DNA of 64,000 nucleotides from NCBI RefSeq assembly GCF_024521635.1, contig NW_026250411.1, forward strand, positions 558,001-622,000, written 5' to 3'. The stretch is from Tricharina praecox (taxonomy: Eukaryota). Position numbers and translations under genes: made by a program. Shown one piece after another: positions 35,109-47,381 of this stretch. Numbering within the stretch: position 1 is the stretch's first letter; each line of letters starts with the position of its first letter. The notes beneath the pieces were generated by a model. The model had not been told where the DNA came from. It saw only the letters and a program-made list of their open reading frames with translations, and did not search any database.

Positions 35109-36628
35109 CTAAACCACCGGCAACCCCAACCCCTCAAAATCCTGCAGTTTCAAATTATCATACGGAAACAGGAGCAGCGCGGCCTTATGTCTGATAAACA
35201 GTCCCAGCACACCACAAACCACCTGCAATCCCACCAGCCCCAGAGTGACCTTATCCTCTCGCATGGGACCGAACCTTACAATCCACAGGTTTATCAGCGT
35301 CAGGTTCGAGTACTCCAACACCACGCCGTTGTCATCTGTCCAAATCTGAACGAGCCCCAACTTCGCGAGAGTTTTGAGGGCGACGGAGATGGGCCAGCGC
35401 GGTGGGTGGATGAATTGACCGCGCGAGGGCTCCATCAGGCCTGTGCGTGCGTTGAAGTGTGGCAGGCGGTGACGAGGACACGGAACGAGACCGAAAAGTT
35501 GTGGCGAGGAGTAGAGGAAGTTGAAGATCTGCGGGATGAAGAGGAGGAGCAGGGTCTTTGAAAAGTGGCCCAGGATGCCGACGACGGCGAAGGTCATGCC
35601 CGCGAAGTAACAGTAGGTATCGCCGACGAAGACTTTGGAGGGGTATTTATTGTGGCACCAGAGGGCTAGTGATACTCCCAAGAATGGCAGGAGGAAATAG
35701 AGTGAGAATAGGTGTGAATCGGTGGCTGGATGGCCTTTGACGGAGATGTAGAGGAGGTCGTTTATGGCGATGAAGGCGGCGATCACAATGGACTGACTGA
35801 CTTCGAGACCGTTGACGCCGGCCAGGATGTTGATGCTGTTTGGACAGAAGATGGCGATTGCGGCCATGTATGCGTAGTAACCCCAGGAGAGGTTCACCAT
35901 TTCTCCGAGGTAGGCCTGTAGTGGCAACGGGACCACGATGTTCGTAACGCCGAAGTCAATGTAGTACATTATGAGCATCGGGATTGCCGCTATCGCGGGC
36001 AGGAAGAGCTTGTGCCGCCACCGGATATCGAAGAGGTCGTCAGCGATGCCGAGGATGGCCATGCTCTGGAGGGAGAGCAGCGCGGAAAGGTATTCGCCCA
36101 GCTATTTCAGTCAGCCATGATGCTTTCCGCCCATATCCACACCACGAGGCGCACCTTATTATGCGGGAAACGATGCAGTTTCCGTCCCGTTTCCACCATC
36201 TCAACGGTCATGTCCCTATTCCCACCGCCACTCGTCTGGACATAGAAGTACTCATAGAACGGAAACGGTATGAACACAATCATCACCATCAAGTAGACAA
36301 CTGCACACACGGCACCCATTGTCTCCGGGCTGCGCACACCATTAGCACCCAAACACCCTCCCCAGACCCACACATGAAGAACTCACATCTCCTTTCTATC
36401 TAATTTACTGCGATCCCTCCCCTTGAAGCCCACCCTCTTGAACTCGTCACCCAACCAACAGATAAGACAATACGAAGCCGCGAACGCAATCCCACTGAAT
36501 GCGAGGGACGCGACGAGCGGCTCTCCGTCCCCTTGGAAAACCGTGTACAGCAGTCCGCAGCACGCCCCGACAAGTGTGAATAGGAAGAAAAACCATCCGG
36601 CCGTTATTGGGGTGTTGCTGCCGGCCAT
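35109..36628 (-). CDS. ALG7: UDP-GlcNAc:dolichol-phosphate GlcNAc-1-P transferase, 2 introns
   Basis: FKGRDRSK, PETMGAV, LGIADDLFDIRWRHK, FCPNSINILAGVNGLEV, YPSKVFVGDTYCYFAG and PCPRHRLP. Confidence 0.95.
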
Positions 36629-37074
36629 CGCGAGAAAAATGTGGTGGGGGAGTTGTGGATCAGTGGTCTGGCGGGCCTGATGCATGTTTAAGCTCCCCTC
36701 GGGATGACGCGTTGCAGAGACAAGCTCCACCGTGTCGTTTCGGCTGTTTCCGAGATTATGCATGAGCTAGGTCCTAATAGTGAAGACATGATAATAGCCT
36801 TGGCAGGGTCTATATAACACTACTGGAACATCACGGATTCGAGATGGATTCTCCATGCACGAGGAGCAGATAGTCGGAATCATGTAAAGCTAGGGCACCC
36901 AGATATAATTACTGGCAGAATAGTAGCAGGTGGTAAAAACAGATGCAGAACCCCACAACAAAACAAAGTTAGATACAGCCGGACCCAAACAAACAGGGCA
37001 AAAAACAACATCATGTGAAGTACGATTCATATCCCTTCCTTAACCTCGTCACCCTGGTCATTATACTTGTAGTA

Positions 37075-40000
37075 CTAGTACACACCGACCAGGTCGACAA
37101 AAGGTGCAATCGTCTCCACCGCCCTCTCGACGACAGCTTTAACCCTCATCCTTAAGCTCTCATTCCTGCACTCGACCTCCAGCGTCTCGAAGTAGACCTT
37201 GGCGACTAATGTGTCGATGGTGACCTTGACGCCGGGGGAAAACTTTATGTCAGATGCGAGGGAGAGAGCAAGGGACTCTTCGCCGCCATTCTCCATCTCG
37301 GTGTCGAGCTTGGGTGGCTCGAGAGGCTCAACACAATCGCCAAACTGCGCTTCCAGGAACATCAACAGGCGCTGTAGACGTTGATCGGCGGTGATATGGG
37401 CGTGGGGTGAGGCATTCTTGATGCTGGAAAGGTCTCTGCTACCGCCGTGGTGATTGTGAGGAGGGGCCTTCGACGCGGAGTCTATACAGGATTAGAATTC
37501 ATTCGGATGGTCCTATAAGCATGTGGAAGTACTCACATTTCACGGCAGCCGGAGAGCTCTCCAAGTTCAGCAAGATGGCCATGACAGCATCCGCAATTCC
37601 ATCATTGAGAACATTGCCCTCCCATTCCATCTCGACGTACCCTTTGTGGCAACGAACGACGATGCAGTCCATGATCCTGAATGTCCTGCCTGTGAACTTT
37701 CCCTTGTCGCCGTAAATCTCCTCATCCGAATTGTTGCCGTCGCTGTCATTCGCTAGGTCCTTCTCGGGGTCGTATTCGTCATCGTCTTCTTCCTCCACCT
37801 TCGCCTCAGGCTCCTCGTCGTCGACAAAATCGTCCTCCAGGTTAACGACAGCACCGAACATGCCTTCCAAACTCCAGCGTATCAAGGCCAGTCCAGCAGC
37901 GTGCATGGGAATGCGCTGCTTGCAGGTCACAACCGTGGTAGTCAGACCTGCGTACTCACGGAGGTCGTCGGGCGCCATGAGAGAGTACTTGAAGTCACTC
38001 TGTACCAGCACGCCGGAGATGATTTGGTCCTTCGCTTTTAGGGCCGCTGGGTTCATCGATGGAGGCTTCTGAGCGAGCTTGCCGACAACCTAAAAGGAGA
38101 TCGTTAGTGTGTGTTCGTGCGTAGTTGTGATTGAGGGCTGATTTGTCTAATAATAAAAAAGGGCGCTTGCGATTGGAAAGACACGGGGTATCCTCAAACT
38201 AGAGCTCTTGGAGTTTTTTGCGGCTGTTACATACCTTTGCGAACTTCTCTCCTCTAAATGGAATTCTGAGCTCCTCGCAATTTTTCGGATTGTAGATCTT
38301 GATCCTGTCTGCTTCCTTCTTTTCGTGGTTCTTACTCAACAAGGCGCTCTTTAACCGTCCCATGTTGTTCTTTTCACCGTGCACCAAGATCACCACCTTG
38401 GCCCCGACCTCTTCGATGAACCCAGAGTTCTGGATGTAGTCGACGTGAGCAGCGAATGACAGCTCTTCCACGCTCATGCGTCTCGGCACCATGATCTGTG
38501 AATCTGGATCATTGCGACGGCCGCCGAAGCGGTTAGACGTCATGACGGCCGCAATCTCGTGCGGTTCAGTGACGATCTGCTTCGCCATTGTGCCTTCGAC
38601 CGAGTAACCAGTGATGATAAGGCCATTGCGTGGGTCTGGCGCCCATCGTTCAAGGAGTTCGCGAGATACACCGTTCTGGTAACAGTTATTAGTATTGGCT
38701 TCCAGGCATTACGGCAAACAAGCGAGGCATATGTGAGTGACGGAAGTATATTTCATTTATGCAAACATGGCTGTTGTGCTTTGGACATGATACGACTGTA
38801 ATAGGAAGCACAATACGATAATAGACACCGAACATGGTGTGCGCATTCCCACCGCCAACCATTCCTCTATATATTGTGGGGCTAAAAAGCAGAGATGGGG
38901 GGAAATGAGGTGGGGCAAGATGATTTGGGGAGACTCGGGAACCTACTTGGAGCATACCAGGGCTGGCTAACATGACGCATCCTCCTACGTCGTCAAATCG
39001 CTCAATATTCTTCAAGCTTCTGACCCATCGGAAATCCCATGGATTCCTGCCCTCCCCCTCGAACATGACTCTCTTTATCTTATCATTCATGGTGTTGATA
39101 TACGTCCGGTATACATCCATACATTTCCTGGCAAGATTACTTGCGTAGTAGATCGGGTATTGCTGGAACTTGGGATGCTTTTCCCAGTATTCGTCGAGGA
39201 TCAATAGAAGCTCCTGTGCTCGGCCCAGTGCAAACACTGGCATCAATACCCGGCCTCCACGGCCCAGGATCTCTGTCGTTAATTTCATTAGCCGTGCTTC
39301 CTTCTCCAGTCGTGGCATGTGCGAAGCGGTTCCATAAGTGGACTCGCAGATGAGAATATCCGGCTTGACAGGTGGCACCTCGGCGGACACCAAATGCCGA
39401 TCGTCTTCACGGGAATAGTCTCCGGTGAAGAGGATTTTCAAGCCTGCGATCTCAACCATGAACATAGCACCACCGAGAACATGTCCAGCATGATAGGGTG
39501 TTATCGAAATTCCGGAATGCGTCAGTGTCGTGTGGTAGTCTATCGCCTCTATCCGACTGTATGAAGCCAGATGATCTGCTTCGGTGTATAGGCTGTCTGC
39601 GGTATTGTGGACATTCCTTTGGAGAGCTGTTAGTGCGCGCATAACAGGCATTGGCCGGGGGGCACGACAACTAACCCTACTCTAACGCTGTCCTGGATCA
39701 ACCACTTGTAAATGGCCTTCGTCGGATGTGTCATGAAGACGCGCCCCTTGAACGTAGTCTTTGACATGACATACGGCAGGCTGGAAGCATGGTCTAGGTG
39801 AAAATGACTGATCAACAGCACATCGACCGTGCTCAGATCGAACTCGTCGTAGAAGGGTAGCGCAGCGAGTCCGTCGTATGCGGGATGTACTCCGGCGTCC
39901 AGCATCACCGTCTTGCCTTTATACTGAAGGATGTGACACGACCGTCCGACTTCATTGCCGCCTCCGAGGCAGAGAAAAGTGAGGTTGTCGGATTCATCCT

Positions 40001-40100
40001 AACAATCGGTCAGCGGGAAGAGAACACCCAGGCCCAGAAGTTGGTCACTGACGATCACTTCTTCCTCGACAGTTGGCTCTAGCTTTCGTTTTGTCGCCAT
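37075..40100 (-). CDS. YSH1: Pre-mRNA 3'-end processing endonuclease Ysh1/CPSF73, multi-exon
   Basis: [66 protein letters not shown] and ILVHGE. C-terminal CPSF73-100_C region. Confidence 0.96.
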
Positions 40101-40747
40101 TGTGTTCTGCGGGAGTTATATGGATTACGATATCTCGTCGGGTCGTGAGGAAATGAAATTGGGAAGTGGTTAGTGAAGCGGAGGTTGGGTCGTTGGGTTG
40201 TCGATGTGTTGAAGGAGAATACGATAAGGCGGTGAGGTTGACGTTAACGTTAGCTGAGGCGCGCGACACTGCTGTGCCAAGCAATGCGAACTAGCTAGCA
40301 GGTGTGAATAACGCGGGGGAAGCGCGTCACTTGTTGGACAGATGTGACCGACACTCCAAACCAACGATGCTTGCTAACCTATTCACATCCAAATACTGGC
40401 TTAGAGGGAACAATCACTCTACTCTATCGCCGTGTGATCACATCTGCGACCAACAGTTAGAAATACGGGTGCTGGAGTACCGAGTGATACATTATGAAAC
40501 AACGCGCTATCCAGAGTACCTGAATCTAATCTAATCTAGACTCATCGCAGGCAGGGCGATCCGCCAAGCCGTAGCGGGGCAGTCTCACATAGAGTTGCAG
40601 CGGGGGAGTCATCAGAAAGACAAACCAACCATTCATCGCCGTTTCTCCAGTCAGAGTCAATACGCATCGCCACGATAAACAAGCGAATTTAATCCTCAAA
40701 TCGACCAAAAATCCCAATTCTACTCTTTTCTCTCGCCAGCTCGAAGA

Positions 40748-42918
40748 ATGGTGAAGGAGGAAGCAGCTGCTGCTCCAGCGCCGACTGCCGAAAAGGTGGT
40801 GAAGATTAAAGATGGCGTGGCTATGAAGATTCCCAAGGAGGGACAGGATATGTCAGTAGTCCCTCTGATCGTATCCACGGAAGTTACTACCTCGCAAAGA
40901 GCCGAGCTAACAGTATGATTGTAGTCTGCCTATACCAGGACAGAGGAATGTCCTTATTACGTCTGCATTGCCATATGTGAACAACGTACCACATCTCGGA
41001 AACATCATCGGAAGTGTTCTCAGCGCGGACACCTTCGCTAGGTAATACCATAAAAACGCCACCTAACCACACGTAACAGTAAAGCTGACTGAGTGGTAGA
41101 TACTCGAAGGCCCGTAACTTCAACACTCTCTACATCTGCGGAACCGACGAGTACGGCACAGCGACCGAGACTAAAGCCCTCGAGGAAGGCGTCACTCCGC
41201 GAGAGCTATGTGACAAGTACAATGCTCTTCACAAGGAGATCTACGACTGGTTCGAGCTCGATTTTGACTACTTTGGTCGCACCACCACCGATCAACAGAC
41301 CGAGATCGCTCAGGACATCTTCCTGAAGCTCAAGGACCAGGGCTACTTGTTTGAGGATTCCTTACAACAGCTGTACTGTGAGAAGCACGAGGGATTCCTT
41401 GCCGACCGTTTCGTCGAGGGAACTTGTCCGAAGTGTGCCTATGAGGATGCGAGAGGAGATCAGTGCGACAAGTGTGGACAGCTCCTCGATCCCGCCGAGT
41501 TGATCAACCCTCGGTGCAAGATCGACAATCACACCCCTATACTACGGGAGTCGACGCACACCTTCTTGGAGCTCGACAAACTCCAACCTGCGATTGAGGA
41601 GTGGAGCAAGAAGTCGGCGGAGGAGGGTCAGTGGTCCAAGAACGGCCGTATCATTACTGAGTCGTGGCTCAAGGAGGGTCTAAGGAAGCGTTGCATCACC
41701 AGAGATCTTAGCTGGGGTACTCCTGTTCCGTTGGAGGGATACGACAAGAAGGTGCTTTACGTGTGGTTCGACGCTTGCATTGGATACGTCTCGATCACGG
41801 CAAACTACACAAAGGACTGGAAGAAGTGGTGGAGAGCTGGAGGCGATGTGAAGCTTTACCAGTTCATGGGTAAGGACAATGTGCCGTTCCACACTGTCGT
41901 TTTCCCCGGAAGTCAGCTGGGAACCAATGATGGAGACTGGACTATGCTCCATCATCTCAGTACCACCGAGTACCTTCAGTACGAGGGTGGTAAGTTTTCG
42001 AAGAGTAGAGGCGTTGGTGTTTTCGGAAACAACGCGAAGGATACTGGGGTGCCACCAAGCGTAAGATAATCCTGCCTCGAGCGAGAAGGGCAATCTCTAA
42101 CACCAAAATAGGTCTGGCGTTACTACCTTCTGTCATCTCGTCCGGAGACTGGTGACACCCAGTTCGTGTGGAAGGACTTCATCACGAAGAACAATTCCGA
42201 GCTTTTGGCCAACTTCGGTAACTTCGTCAACCGCTTGATCAAGTTCGTGAACGCAAAGTACGCCGGTGTCATTCCCGACTACACCACTGGCCTGAAGGAC
42301 CCCGCATTCGCTCCTTACCAGGAGGCTATCAACACTATTCTTGCCAGCTTTAACGAGGAGATGGAGAGCGTCCACATCCGTGCCGGTCTCGAGAAGGTCA
42401 TGCTCATCTCTGGCGAGGGTAACCGTTTCCTCCAAGACAACAAATTGGACAACAATCTGTTCAATAACCACCCTGAGAAGGCGGCGGCTGTCGTCGGATA
42501 CGGATTGAACTTGATCTACCTCCTGTCTGCGATTGCGTACCCTTTCATGCCTGCAGTCTCTGCCTCGATCTGCCAGCAGCTTAACGCTCCTCTCCGGTCC
42601 ATCCCTGACACCTGGGCGCCTGATGACCTGCTGCCCGGTCACACTATCGGAAAGGCTGCTTACTTGTTCACCCGCATCGACGATAAGAAAGAGGAAGAGT
42701 GGAGGGCAAAGTACGGTGGTCAGCAGGAGGGTGCCGCCGCCGATGATAAGAAGAAGGCAAAAAAGAAGGGCAAGAAGGCAGGTAAGCAGGTTAAGGCCGC
42801 CAAGGAGGGCGCCGAGGCCAAGCCCAAGAAGGGTGAGGCTTCGAAGGTAGCCGAAGAGCCCAAGATCGAGGAGCCCAAAGTTGAGAAGAAGGAGGTTGAG
42901 GTCGAGGTTAGAGCGTGA
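40748..42918 (+). CDS. MES1: Cytosolic methionyl-tRNA synthetase, multi-exon
   Basis: [30 protein letters not shown], knuckle [26 protein letters not shown] and KFSKS. Confidence 0.97.
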
Positions 42919-43293
42919 TGGTCTGTGGGCTGGGTGTTCTGAAAACTTTCTTTGGGAGATTTTGGTGAATTTTTAGAGTGCGGTTCGGAGGGTTCGTTTT
43001 TGTCTGTATGTACCATTGCTTTTCTTCATTTTTATGGGTAGTGTGAGGGGTTCTGGGGTTTTATATGGTGTGTTTTTGTATTAGGAATACAGATGTGGGT
43101 TTTTCACAGGTGATCCTGAGTGATTCGGTCTTCAACTGCCACACACCAAGGTCATAGTTATAATAGCGACGCGCTAAGTTGCTAGCCACAGCGCGTCTCC
43201 CAGCATTCAATCTAGGTCCCACCTCCTCCACGTCGGTCCATTCATCACCACCCCATCCAAACAACCGTCAATTCCGCCAACAACGCAGCAATA

Positions 43294-44517
43294 ATGTCAG
43301 AAATTGAAGATATGGACGTTGACATGGTCGATGACTCTCGCCCTGGCGAGATCGCCTTTTCCAGCGATCAGAAGGGCAAGAAGATGAGCAAAGCTAACCT
43401 TCCAGTGAGCGCGGGTGATACACTTCCCTGGTAGATACAGCCATCATTCATCCCACTCCTCTCCTCGCAGCTGACATTACTTTCCAGGGTCGAGAAGTAT
43501 CGCCCCGACACCCTGTCGGACGTCTCAGGACACGAAGACATCCTCCAAACCATCAATCGCTTCGTCGCCACCAACCGCCTCCCGCATCTTCTCTTCTACG
43601 GCCCCCCAGGCACCGGCAAGACCTCCACCATCCTCGCCCTAGCTCGCCACATCTATGGCGCCAAAAACGTGCGCCAACAAGTCCTGGAGCTCAACGCTTC
43701 CGACGACCGCGGCATCGACGTGGTGCGCGAGCAAATTAAGACGTTCGCCTCGACGCGGCAGATATTTGGCGGGGTGGCAGGCAAGGGCGACGGGCTCGGC
43801 GGGTTCAAGCTCATCATCCTCGACGAAGCGGACGCGATGACGTCGGCCGCGCAGAACGCCCTGCGCAGGATCATGGAGAAGTACACCGCCAACACACGGT
43901 TCTGCATCATCGCGAACTACACGCACAAGCTCAGCGCCGCGCTGCTGAGTAGGTGCACGAGGTTCAGGTTCAGTCCGCTGCCGGTCACCGCGCTGAGGAA
44001 GAGGGTCGATCATGTTGTCGTCCAGGAGGGCGTCAAGATCACCCCCGGCGCCGTCGATGCGCTGCTCAAATTGTCGAGGGGCGATATGCGTCGCTCGCTG
44101 AACGTGCTACAAGCGTGCTTTGCGAGCAGCACCCCGCTAAATGAGAAGGGACATCCGGATCCGACGCTGGAGCGAGAAGATATCACCGAGTCCAATATCT
44201 ACGATTGTATTGCGGCGCCCCATCCGGAGGATATCAGGCAGATTGTTAATACCCTCCTCGAGAGCGATATCACGACGAGCTTGAGAACGATTCATGATAT
44301 AAAGACGAAGAAGGGGCTTGCATTGGCGGATATCTTGAGTGCCCTGGGTGAGGAGCTGTGTAGACTTGAGGTGCCGGCGCAGACCAGGGTTATGTGGATG
44401 GAGGGGCTGGCGGAGATTGAGTGGAGAGTGGGTAGTGGCGGTGGGGAAAATGTGCAGACCGGTGGGCTGGCGGGAGTGGTCAGGCAGGGTGTTGCTGTAA
44501 TGAAGAACAAGAAGTAG
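43294..44517 (+). CDS. RFC3: Replication factor C small subunit (yeast Rfc3 / human RFC5 type), 1 intron
   Basis: LP|WVEKYRP, LPHLLFYGPPGTGKT, LELNASDDRGIDVVREQIKTFASTRQIF, ILDEADAMT and ALLSRC. Confidence 0.92.
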
Positions 44518-44762
44518 AGGTGCATCTAAGGACGATGAATGGGATTTGACAGTGATGATGGACTTCACATCTTTGTTCATCATTGTCTTCCCAAAGTAAT
44601 CGTCACCAAGTATAACAAAACCCAGCAGCCCAATTCACAACACCATGCTCGCCAGCCCGCAAATAGCAAATACAAATCAAGAAGAGCAATCAAAACACCG
44701 GTAACATCGACAACGAAGACAACACAAGAAAGAAAGTTCCCATGAAAGACATTACGATGGTT

Positions 44763-46299
44763 CTATTCGTCTCCACCACCTCTGGGGGGTTCCCTAGGTT
44801 CGGCAGGCCCATCCAAATAACTCGCACTCTCGGCTGCTTCGTACTCTGCGATCAGGTCGGCAACCTCTTGTCTCGTATCGTCGAACTCGCTAAGATCGTT
44901 GGCAAATATTGGTTCTCTCTTGTATTGCTCCAAGAAGGCGTTGCGCTTTCGTAGACGGTCGTATTGTGCCATGATACGTTTGAAGAGCTGGGAATATTTA
45001 GTATATGAGAGAAGAGGAGCAGGAGCAGGAGACATACCGTAGCTATACTTGTGTGGTTGGCCAACATGAGACCACTGACACGGTTGTTGGACGGCATGTG
45101 AGGCGACTTCTTGGTCAAGGCCACTTGTATACTCGCAGGGCCCCATGGAATGAAAGTCGCCAGACGACGCTCACGAATTCTGAGAAGTGATTTATGAACC
45201 TGTTTTCACCTGTTAGCCAGTGAACCAATCATCGTAGAACCGAAAGGTATTCACATCTGTAGGATCTGCCTCTCCTTGGATAATGTTCAAAATAGAGATG
45301 TAGCAACTGTTCTTAGTCGTATTCGTCAAGACCATTCGATTCTTAGGCTGCAATAGCCGACGCATAACGTCCAAAACCGTCGTCTTACGGACGGTCTTTC
45401 CAGCCTCCACCGAGTCACCGGTGAACGGCGTGTACGATGTCATCAAGAAGTGACATCTCGGAGTCGGAATCAACGACGCGATGATTCCCGCCAGATCGTT
45501 ATGCATATATCCAGGGTATCGCAGCGTAGTGGTGCTCGCTGACATCACCGTTGACACCAATTGATTCGTCTGCGCGAACGACGGCGTTTGGATGTGCAGT
45601 CTATCCGCTGCGATCCTGGTCAACGCGCCGTTATCCAGCACCACAACTGAATCCGCATTCTGCGACAGCCGCTTCATCGACAACATGCTATTATACGGCT
45701 GGACAACGACGTCTCCCACGCTCTGGGTATCCGGAAACACGGAATATGTCTGTATGAGCTTCTTCGGAAAGCGATCATTCAACCGTTCGAGCAAAAACGA
45801 CCCCAGACCCGACCCAGTGCCACCCGCGATACTGTGCAAAAGCATAAACCCCTCGAGGGAATCACTCCCGTCCGCCTCTCGCTCAATCATCTCCATGACC
45901 TCCTCGCACACTCCTTCGCCCATGTTGTAGCCCGCCGCCCAATTGTTTCCCGCGCCGCTGCCGTGTTTGGGAACGTGAAAGTTCTCGGGATTGTAGATGT
46001 TCTTGTACGGTCCGTTCTGGATGCTCTGGATCACTCGCGGCTCGAGATCGAGAAGGATCGCACGAGGGATGTACCGTGTGTCGTCCGACTGGTAGAAAAA
46101 CACATCTTTCCTGTCCGTTCCCTCTTCTGTCGCCTCGAGGTTTCCGTCGGGAGAGATTGCGTGTTCCTGGCCTTCTGTTGGTCAGTAGACACTCTTCCAT
46201 ACATCTTAAACTGGGGCACCGACAGAGTGTTTGCCAAAACGCCGAACCAACCGAATTACCGCATTGGCCGGCCTGGATAGTGATGATCTCGCGGGGCAT
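44763..46299 (-). CDS. TUB4: Gamma-tubulin, multi-exon
   Basis: [65 protein letters not shown] and [10 protein letters not shown]. Orthologue of Aspergillus mipA. Confidence 0.97.
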
Positions 46300-47381
46300 G
46301 GCGGACTAGCAGTGTGGTGTTTTCGTGAGGAGCCTGCTGTGTTGGTGGCGGTAACTCAAGGTATGTAACTCCGAAGCAAAACACGCGAGTTGGAGCCGAA
46401 TAAGGGCGCGTCTTGTCTCCACGACATGGCACCCTCCGCCAAGCCCGACCGACCACAGCTACCATTCTAAACCCACTTCAAACATCGATAATCCCGTGAC
46501 TGCTTCACATATAGTGTTCAATCGAATTCGATATCTTAAGAGCTAACCCATGTCCAGTGCCAAAGACCAAGCTAGAAGCCGTATCGCTTTCGTTTATCTG
46601 TGATGGCAGTGGTGCGATCTAATCATGGCCGGTTGGTTTAATCATGGTCAGTCACTCGGGACAAATTCACAATACCGAGTATGAGGGAAGTGGTGATGTG
46701 TTAGTTGAGTGTATCTAAGCATTATATAGTCCAACTGGGGATAAAAACATTGTTTTCCGTTTGGTGAACAATAGTAGCGTATTAGGGCATTGCAAACACG
46801 TGTGTCTTGTTACTACGCTTTACTCCCTTGTTGAAGTATCCAGTACTTCCAAAACCACGGGATGAAATGCTGGAGGGGAAAGAGTTCGCCAAACAGCAAG
46901 ATTCAATTCAAGCCAGAAAAACAGACAGTATCCGTTCCCCCAATTAAGTACACCTTATCAACCGCCAATTTATCTCACTACTAGTTATAACCTAAGTAGG
47001 TTTGTATCAACCGCAATTCTCTCCAGCGGTCTCACGCCCAAGCAGTGTCCGCGTCACCACTCAGCATTAAAATGACAAGGTGTCCATGTATACAAAGACA
47101 CGAGAAACGCAAGAAAATCTACACGCCGCCAAAGGCCAAATCATCATCCTCATCATCATCGTACGGTAAAGTTATCATCTGCCCAGCCAAGTAGCCCTAT
47201 CAACGCCTGTCCTCAATGTAAACACCAATTCCTATCCTCCTAAGTATGCAATCATCATGAGTACTGGCGATAACAGTAAGTGAGAAAAATCAAGAAACAA
47301 GAGAAGAGAAAAACCAGCTGCAAATGCGCGAATTTGAAAGGTGAATCCTTTCCAGTCCGGGAGATCCATCAATGTGCGAAG

